DNA of 5,196 nt from Candidatus Nanopusillus sp. (GTDB lineage Archaea > Nanobdellota > Nanobdellia > Nanobdellales > Nanobdellaceae). Positions 1 through 4,247 of this stretch are shown here, in pieces (the stretch's first letter is position 1; every line of letters begins with the position of its first letter). A model generated the notes under the pieces. The model had not been told where the DNA came from and searched no databases. It saw nothing but the letters and a program-made list of their open reading frames with translations. The stretch spans positions 1 through 5,196 of the forward strand of contig DAIUEN010000036.1 in the NCBI GenBank assembly GCA_036845085.1, read 5' to 3'. Position numbers and translations under genes: made by a program.

Positions 1-89
1 TTCTTATTCAAATTAAATTTTGTATAAATTATATAAACCAACAACAGTACAAAAACTACTAATATAAAGTTGATAAGCTTTTTTTTCAT
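1..89 (-). CDS. Partial ORF (N-terminal end only, runs off left edge): hypothetical membrane or secreted protein, MKKKLINFILVVFVLLLVYIIYTKFNLNK...
   Basis: Not on the supplied track. The reverse complement of 89..3 reads ATG AAA AAA AAG CTT ATC AAC TTT ATA TTA GTA GTT TTT GTA CTG TTG TTG GTT TAT ATA ATT TAT ACA AAA TTT AAT TTG AAT AAG: 29 codons with no stop in stop-prone AT-rich DNA. Three Lys followed by a ~17-residue hydrophobic stretch looks like a signal anchor. A TATA-like element (TTTATATG on the - strand, 120..113) lies 23 nt upstream of this ATG, matching the spacing at the other promoters. Competing reading: the 3' end of a + strand gene (frame 3, TAA at 60..62) with T8 at 79..86 as its terminator. 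Confidence 0.35.
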   Translation of the reverse strand, partial: MKKKLINFILVVFVLLLVYIIYTKFNLNK

Positions 90-90
90 A

Positions 91-104
91 GAAAATATAT
101 TTTC
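91..104. promoter_or_regulatory. Perfect 14-bp palindrome GAAAATATATTTTC in the divergent intergenic region; candidate operator for a dimeric DNA-binding protein
   Basis: All 7 base pairs are complementary (91g-104c ... 97a-98t). It lies between the - strand ATG (89) and the TATA block (113..121), 40 nt upstream of the regulator gene's ATG. A palindrome this long is not rare in DNA this AT-rich (see finding). Confidence 0.3.
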
Positions 105-112
105 AAATAAAA

Positions 113-121
113 CATATAAAT
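113..121. promoter_or_regulatory. TATA-like block CATATAAAT, candidate shared/bidirectional TATA box for ORF 144..884 (+) and the partial ORF 89..1 (-)
   Basis: On the + strand, ATATAAAT (114..121) is 22 nt upstream of ATG 144. On the - strand, TTTATATG (120..113) is 23 nt upstream of ATG 89. This matches the 21-23 nt spacing of the four perfect TTTATAAA promoters. A second TATA-like run, TTATAAAA (121..128), is an alternative for the + gene but has only a 15-nt spacing. Confidence 0.4.
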
Positions 122-143
122 TATAAAATTAAAATTAAGTTAC

Positions 144-884
144 ATGGATGAAGTAGATGAGAAAATAATTTCTATTCTAAGACAAAATCCTTATGGTCTT
201 ACTATATCAGAGCTTTCTAGAATCTCAAAAATAAATAGAATTACTCTATCTAAAAGACTTGAAATATTAAGAGAGAAGGGATATTTAAATTTTAGAAGTG
301 TTGGTAAAGCAAAAGTTTGGTATATAAATGAGGATATTAATTTTTTAGAGCTAATACATGGAGATACTTCAATAAATAAATTGTTAAGAACGGATAAAAA
401 AGGATACTTTTATATTTCTGATATAAAATTTATAATAATGCCTTCAGAATTTATTCAAGTATTATACTTACAATCTATTGAAAAAAGAGATATCGACTTC
501 GTAAGAGAAATTGGAAAAAAATTTGGTATTTCTATTGGTACTACATACAAAATGTATTCAGGTATGGAGAGGGTATTAAATGAAGAAGTGCTACTCCAAG
601 TAGTGAAATTTCTAGAAAAAATAGGTTTTGGTAAAGTATCTGATATATTTTTTGATGTAAAAAGTTTTGAGGCTTCTGTAGATTTCCAATATCTAGTAGA
701 GTCCGATATCTTAAAAGAAATGGAAGATTTATTTAGAGATAATAAAATAGAACTAAAAGACTACCTTACTGAAGGATATTTAGAAGGATTATTTTCTATT
801 TTGTATGGAATTCCTATAATATGTGAAGAAAAATATAATATATTTAAAGATAACAAAATAGAATTTGTTATAAAAAGAAAGTGA
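144..884 (+). CDS. Transcriptional regulator: N-terminal winged helix-turn-helix (MarR/TrmB/ArsR-like) plus C-terminal XylR_N/V4R-like ligand-sensing module
   Basis: 246-aa ORF. Residues 6-62 (EKIISILRQNPYGLTISELSRISKINRITLSKRLEILREKGYLNFRSVGKAKVWYI) show the classic wHTH pattern: recognition helix, then a KG-hydrophobic wing. Residues ~86-244 follow the XylR_N/V4R pattern from memory: FIIMPSEFIQVL...IGKKFGISIG, then LEKIGFGKVS, then LTEGYLEGLFSILYGIPIICEEKYNIFKDNKIEFVI. The last stretch compares with the family-typical C..GyLaG.....G......E..C...G...C.F.i, but the conserved Cys positions are replaced. The wHTH call is firm; the V4R assignment is pattern recognition only. Confidence 0.75.
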   Translation: MDEVDEKIISILRQNPYGLTISELSRISKINRITLSKRLEILREKGYLNFRSVGKAKVWYINEDINFLELIHGDTSINKLLRTDKKGYFYISDIKFIIMPSEFIQVLYLQSIEKRDIDFVREIGKKFGISIGTTYKMYSGMERVLNEEVLLQVVKFLEKIGFGKVSDIFFDVKSFEASVDFQYLVESDILKEMEDLFRDNKIELKDYLTEGYLEGLFSILYGIPIICEEKYNIFKDNKIEFVIKRK

Positions 885-1378
885 TAATTGTTATTTCTGG
901 TATACCAGGGGTAGGAAAAAGTACTATAGCTAAAAGATTGGCAGAAATAATAAATGCTGAAGTTATAGATATATTAGAATTTTCTTTAAAGAATAAACTT
1001 TACCAAGAATTTGATGAAATTTTAAATACGTATATTGTTGATGAAAATAGACTATTCGATGAATTAAAAAAACACATAGAAAATATAAAAGATAAAGATA
1101 TTATAATAGAAGGAAATTTTGCACATTTATTTCCGGATGGAGACTTATATTTTGTTATAAAAGCAGATCCAAATATTGTATATAAAAGATTAGAAGAAAG
1201 AGGATATACATATAATAAAATCTTTGAAAATATTTGGGCTATGAACTTAGAAGTAATAGAAGACGAGTTAGAGTATTTACGTAAAGAATATTATATATTT
1301 TATAACAATAAAGAAGAAGATTTACCAGAAATAATTAATAAAATGGTAGATATTATTAAAAAGAAAAAAAATAAGTAA
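881..1378 (+). CDS. fap7: Fap7/AK6-type P-loop NTPase (the family annotated as archaeal 'putative adenylate kinase', a small-subunit ribosome maturation factor)
   Basis: 165 aa. Walker A GIPGVGKS sits at residues 7-14 (nt 899..922), right after the start, as in Fap7/hCINAP. The block IIIEGNFAHLFPDGDLYFVIKADPNIVYKRLEERGYTYNKIFENIWAMNLEVI matches the family pattern (G/D)H(L/C)..L(F)P ... (V/L)(L/I)R..P..(L/I)..RL..RGY...K..EN...E. The GTG start at 881 is the only canonical start between the in-frame stop (851..853) and the P-loop, and it overlaps the upstream TGA (GTGA, 881..884). Confidence 0.85.
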   Translation: MIIVISGIPGVGKSTIAKRLAEIINAEVIDILEFSLKNKLYQEFDEILNTYIVDENRLFDELKKHIENIKDKDIIIEGNFAHLFPDGDLYFVIKADPNIVYKRLEERGYTYNKIFENIWAMNLEVIEDELEYLRKEYYIFYNNKEEDLPEIINKMVDIIKKKKNK

Positions 1379-1392
1379 TATATTCATTTAGC

Positions 1393-1400
1393 TTTATAAA
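1393..1400 (+). promoter_or_regulatory. TATA box TTTATAAA of the thermosome gene
   Basis: Perfect palindromic octamer 21 nt upstream of ATG 1422. The spacer has no Shine-Dalgarno-like purine tract. The geometry implies a leaderless or near-leaderless mRNA. Confidence 0.7.
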
Positions 1401-1421
1401 AGTTGTCTGTATATATAGTAT

Positions 1422-3083
1422 ATGGCAGAGGGTAGAAAAGAATTATACCCAGTTACTATCTTACCAGAAAAATATGTGAGAACTATTGGCAGGGAAGCAA
1501 TGAGATCTAACATTATGGCAGCAGTTATAGTATCAGAAATAATAAAAACATCTTTAGGTCCTAGAGGGATGGATAAGATGTTAGTAGACGAATTGGGAGA
1601 TATAACAGTTACAAATGATGGTGCAACTATTGTAGATAAGATGCATGTTGAGCATCCAGCAGCAAAATTAGTAATAGAAATAGCTAAAACCCAAGATAAA
1701 GAGATTGGAGATGGTACTAAGAGAGTTATAGTGCTTGCTGGAGAGCTACTTAAAAGGGCAGATCAATTATTAGATAAAAATGTACATCCAACAATAATAA
1801 TTGAGGGATATAAAAAAGCAGCAGAAATAGCAGAAAAGATTGTGTTAGAATTGTCTAAAGATGTAAGTTTAGATAATAATGAAATTTTAGTTAAAATTGC
1901 AAAGTCTGCACTATCTTCTAAAATAGCTTCTATGTATTCTGATAAATTAGCAAGAATAGTAGTAGAAGCTGTTAAAAAGGTGACTGAAGTAGTAAAAATA
2001 TCTGACAAAGAAGTTAAGATAATAATAGATTTAGATTCATTGAAGATTGAGAAGAGAATTGGAGGTGGTGTAGAAGAGACAGAATTAATAAGTGGTATAG
2101 TAATTGATAAAGAAAAAGTTCATGGAGCAATGCCAAAGATAGTACCTAAAGCCAAGATTGCATTGATAGGAGATGCGTTAGAAATAAAAGAAACAGAGAC
2201 AGATGCTCGTATAAATATAACATCACCAGACCAATTAGAAGCTTTCTTAAAGAAAGAACAGGAAATGTTGAAAAGAATGGTGGAAAAAATAAAGCAGGTA
2301 GGTGCTAATGTTGTATTCGTACAGAAAGGAATAGATGATTTAGCAGCATATTATTTAGCTAAGTATAATATATTAGCTGTAAGGAGAGTCAAAAAGTCAG
2401 ATATGGAAAAGTTAGCAAAAGCTACTGGAGCTAGGATTGTAAATAATATAGAAGAACTATCTCCAGATGATTTAGGAGAAGCTGAATTAGTTGAAGAAAG
2501 GAAAGTTGCTGACGAAAATATGATATTCGTTACTGGTTGTAAGAATCCTAAAGCAGTAACAATATTGGTAAGAGCAGGATCTGAACACATTGCTGATGAA
2601 ATTGAAAGATCTTTAAATGATGCTATAAAGGATGTAGCAACAGTAATTAAATATGGAAAAATAATTGCTGGTGGTGGTGCTATAGAAATGGAATTAGCAG
2701 AAAGAATTAGAAGAGAAGCTAAAAAAGAATCTTCGAAGATACAATTAGCTATGTTCTCATTTGCTGATGCATTAGAAGCAATACCTGCTGCTCTAGCAGA
2801 AAATGCTGGAATGGATACTATTGAAGCTATGACACAACTTAGAGCTGCACATGAAAATGGTAAATTGTGGTATGGTGTGGATGCTATTGAAGGAAAAATT
2901 GTTGATATGTGGGAAAAAGGTGTTATAGAACCAGCTAATATAACAATACAGGCATTAAAATCAGCTACAGAAGCCGCTATTGGTATATTGAAGATAGATG
3001 ATGTAATAGCTGCATCTAAATCTTCTGAATCTTCTTCGGAAAAAGGGGGAAAAGAAGAAGAAGAGAGTGAAATAGAAGATTAG
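1422..3083 (+). CDS. ths: Thermosome subunit (group II chaperonin, Cpn60/TCP-1 family)
   Basis: 553 aa, collinear with archaeal thermosomes. All three TCP-1 signature regions are present: [30 protein letters not shown] and QDKEIGDGT. Also present: the apical/helical-protrusion block [89 protein letters not shown], then [42 protein letters not shown] and [31 protein letters not shown]. Unusual: GDGTKR instead of GDGTT[ST] (see findings). Confidence 0.97.
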   Translation: MAEGRKELYPVTILPEKYVRTIGREAMRSNIMAAVIVSEIIKTSLGPRGMDKMLVDELGDITVTNDGATIVDKMHVEHPAAKLVIEIAKTQDKEIGDGTKRVIVLAGELLKRADQLLDKNVHPTIIIEGYKKAAEIAEKIVLELSKDVSLDNNEILVKIAKSALSSKIASMYSDKLARIVVEAVKKVTEVVKISDKEVKIIIDLDSLKIEKRIGGGVEETELISGIVIDKEKVHGAMPKIVPKAKIALIGDALEIKETETDARINITSPDQLEAFLKKEQEMLKRMVEKIKQVGANVVFVQKGIDDLAAYYLAKYNILAVRRVKKSDMEKLAKATGARIVNNIEELSPDDLGEAELVEERKVADENMIFVTGCKNPKAVTILVRAGSEHIADEIERSLNDAIKDVATVIKYGKIIAGGGAIEMELAERIRREAKKESSKIQLAMFSFADALEAIPAALAENAGMDTIEAMTQLRAAHENGKLWYGVDAIEGKIVDMWEKGVIEPANITIQALKSATEAAIGILKIDDVIAASKSSESSSEKGGKEEEESEIED

Positions 3084-3089
3084 TTTTTT
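3084..3089 (+). terminator. Oligo-T tract (T6) immediately after the thermosome stop codon; candidate archaeal intrinsic terminator
   Basis: TAG (3081..3083) is followed directly by TTTTTT. Archaeal RNA polymerase terminates at oligo-T runs. The next gene has its own TATA box 9 nt further on. Confidence 0.4.
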
Positions 3090-3097
3090 ATGTAAAT

Positions 3098-3106
3098 TTT
3101 ATAAAT
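3098..3106 (+). promoter_or_regulatory. TATA box TTTATAAAT of the coiled-coil ORF
   Basis: The octamer TTTATAAA (3098..3105) is 22 nt upstream of ATG 3128, with an A-rich BRE-like flank GTAAAT (3092..3097). The 13-mer TTTATATTTTTAT (3117..3129) at the initiation region is repeated at the pilin promoter. Confidence 0.65.
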
Positions 3107-3127
3107 ATCCAAGTTTTTTATATTTTT

Positions 3128-3682
3128 ATGAAAGAATTTGAAGTTGTTCCTACAGATCCTATAGTTAAGTTAAGTGAAGAGTTGGAAAACCTGAGAACAG
3201 AAATTAAAAGAATTAAGGTAGAATTGTCTGAAAGTGTTGAACAGATAAAAAAAGAAATATCTAAACCCTTCAATAACAATTTGTTAGAAAAAAATTTACA
3301 AGGCTTTTCTAATAATTATTTATATAACTCTGATAGAGAATTTTATAAGGAAATTATAAATTCCTTAGTTAAAAGTAATATAGAATTGCAGGCTAAACTT
3401 TCTGAATTGATTGTAGTATCTACAAATTTATATAAAGAGATAAAAGATATGCTAACAATATTTAAAGAAGCAGCATTAATGTATTCTTCCGGAAAGAAAC
3501 AAGAATCAAAGATGCCAATGGAATTAATCGATAGATTAAATAACTTAGAAAAGTCTAATTTAAAGATAGCGGAAATATTGGATAAACTAAATAAATCTAT
3601 TGATTCCCTAAAGGATACCATTAACAAAAATACTATAACGTCTTCTAATAATATTCCAAAATATCCATACAATAGGCTGTAG
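3128..3682 (+). CDS. Hypothetical soluble coiled-coil protein (no family recognised)
   Basis: 184 aa with its own TATA box at canonical spacing. K/E/N/I/L-rich, with heptad-like segments near both ends (LSEELENLRTEIKRIKVELSESVEQIKKEISK; ELIDRLNNLEKSNLKIAEILDKLNKSIDSLKDTINKN). No hydrophobic helix or signal sequence. Longer and more protein-like than the antisense ORF 3343..3672. Confidence 0.7.
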   Translation: MKEFEVVPTDPIVKLSEELENLRTEIKRIKVELSESVEQIKKEISKPFNNNLLEKNLQGFSNNYLYNSDREFYKEIINSLVKSNIELQAKLSELIVVSTNLYKEIKDMLTIFKEAALMYSSGKKQESKMPMELIDRLNNLEKSNLKIAEILDKLNKSIDSLKDTINKNTITSSNNIPKYPYNRL

Positions 3683-3719
3683 TTATATATCTATTGCTTT
3701 CTTATTTTAAATCTAAAAA

Positions 3720-3728
3720 TTTATAAAT
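3720..3728 (+). promoter_or_regulatory. TATA box TTTATAAAT of the pilin gene
   Basis: The octamer (3720..3727) is 23 nt upstream of ATG 3751, preceded by an A-rich flank CTAAAAA. The 13-mer TTTATATTTTTAT (3738..3750) is identical to 3117..3129. Confidence 0.65.
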
Positions 3729-3750
3729 AGTAAAACCTTTATATTTTTAT

Positions 3751-4212
3751 ATGGCTAAGGGTATATCACCAATAATTGCAACAATATTATTAATTGTAAT
3801 GACTGTTGGTATAGCAGCTTTGATGTATGCATGGATGACAGGATTATTTGGAACGCTTTCTTCTGCAGCAGGACAGCAAGTTGCTGAGGCCACTAGAAAT
3901 GTTATATTTAATGTACCTGCAATGTATATGAGCGGAGGTACATTGTATGCTATAATTTACAATGGGGGTAATGTTCCTATAGATACTTCTAGAATGACTG
4001 TAATAGCAGTTCAGTACTATTCAACTAACAGTTCATCAACTGGAACTACTTCAACATGTAGCCCATCTTCTACAGTAATAAATCCAAATACTCAGGTCAA
4101 TATAACTTTAAATTGTAGCCCCGCTATAAATACTAGTGCTATATATTACTATGAGTTTACATTTACATACTTAGGAGTACCTGTAAGAGTATTATATAAT
4201 CCAAGCAGATAG
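3751..4212 (+). CDS. Archaeal type IV pilin-like protein with class III (prepilin) signal peptide
   Basis: The N-terminus MAKG|ISPIIATILLIVMTVGIAALMYAWMTG has a short basic leader, Gly at -1, and the [IV]SP[IV]IAT[IV]LL hydrophobic core typical of the archaeal pilin N-terminal domain family (Pilin_N/DUF1628 type). It is followed by a small beta-rich domain (TLYAIIYNGGNVPIDTSRMTV), an S/T-rich stretch, four N-x-S/T sequons (NSS, NIT, NCS, NTS) and two Cys. Confidence 0.85.
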   Translation: MAKGISPIIATILLIVMTVGIAALMYAWMTGLFGTLSSAAGQQVAEATRNVIFNVPAMYMSGGTLYAIIYNGGNVPIDTSRMTVIAVQYYSTNSSSTGTTSTCSPSSTVINPNTQVNITLNCSPAINTSAIYYYEFTFTYLGVPVRVLYNPSR

Positions 4213-4218
4213 AGATAG

Positions 4219-4226
4219 TTTATAAA
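4219..4226 (+). promoter_or_regulatory. TATA box TTTATAAA of the large pilin-like ORF
   Basis: Perfect octamer 21 nt upstream of ATG 4248 and only 6 nt after the pilin stop codon. The initiation region ATTTTTATGAAA (4242..4253) is identical to 3122..3133. Confidence 0.6.
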
Positions 4227-4227
4227 C

Positions 4228-4235
4228 TTTTTTTT
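4228..4235 (+). terminator. Oligo-T tract (T8), candidate terminator/attenuator for the pilin transcript, embedded in the next gene's promoter
   Basis: The T8 run begins 16 nt after the pilin stop (4210..4212). It lies between the TATA box (4219..4226) and the ATG (4248) of the next ORF. Confidence 0.35.
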
Positions 4236-4247
4236 AATTAGATTTTT

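Noticed and set aside
1-86. Alternative reading of the left edge as the 3' end of a + strand gene (frame 3, ...NQQQYKNY, TAA at 60..62) terminated by T8 at 79..86
   Set aside because: Not excluded, but less favoured. The - strand reading gives an ATG, a Lys3-plus-hydrophobic-helix N-terminus and a TATA-like element at the same 23-nt spacing as the other promoters. Only sequence to the left can decide.
1379-1421. Thermosome promoter as target of a Phr/HSR1-type heat-shock regulator, with ORF 144..884 as that regulator
   Set aside because: I found no dyad or Phr-like operator pattern around the thermosome TATA box or initiation region. The GAAAAT/ATTTTC half-sites of the 91..104 palindrome are absent there. 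The idea is kept only as a test within the regulator finding.
1763-2008. 81-aa ORF on the - strand inside the thermosome gene
   Set aside because: It lies entirely antisense to a confidently identified, highly conserved CDS. Its S/T/L/I/F-rich low-complexity product is what the complement of K/E/A-rich codons yields. It has no TATA octamer at the expected spacing. Shadow ORF.
2351-2590. 79-aa ORF on the - strand inside the thermosome gene
   Set aside because: Same reasoning: antisense to the conserved apical-domain coding region, with no promoter element and no recognisable motif.
2594-2599. C-box-like TGATGA motifs (also 1039..1044) that could mark C/D box sRNAs
   Set aside because: All copies lie inside well-supported CDSs, where Asp/Glu codons in AT-rich DNA generate them. 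I saw no properly spaced D box plus terminal stem. None of the intergenic regions contains the motif.
3015-3080. Ser/Glu-rich acidic C-terminal tail of the thermosome ([22 protein letters not shown]) lacking Gly-Met repeats
   Set aside because: C-terminal tails of group II chaperonins are short, disordered and highly variable between lineages, and charged tails are common. Not evidence of anything unusual by itself.
3090-3095. Mini-ORF ATG-TAA between the thermosome terminator and the next TATA box
   Set aside because: A start directly followed by a stop in AT-rich spacer DNA. It lies upstream of the predicted transcription start of the next gene. No coding potential.
3343-3672. 109-aa ORF on the - strand antisense to the coiled-coil ORF
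   Set aside because: The + strand ORF is longer (184 aa). It has a perfect TATA octamer at 22 nt and the shared initiator 13-mer, and its composition matches the other proteins here. The antisense product is the F/L/S/I-rich mirror of K/E/N codons. I could not find a comparable promoter for it.
3128-3682. Coiled-coil ORF as a prefoldin subunit, prompted by adjacency to the chaperonin and two terminal coiled-coil segments
   Set aside because: At 184 aa it exceeds typical prefoldin subunits. The central region looks helical rather than like the beta-hairpin core. No prefoldin motif is recognisable, and it has an independent promoter resembling the pilin promoter rather than the thermosome promoter.
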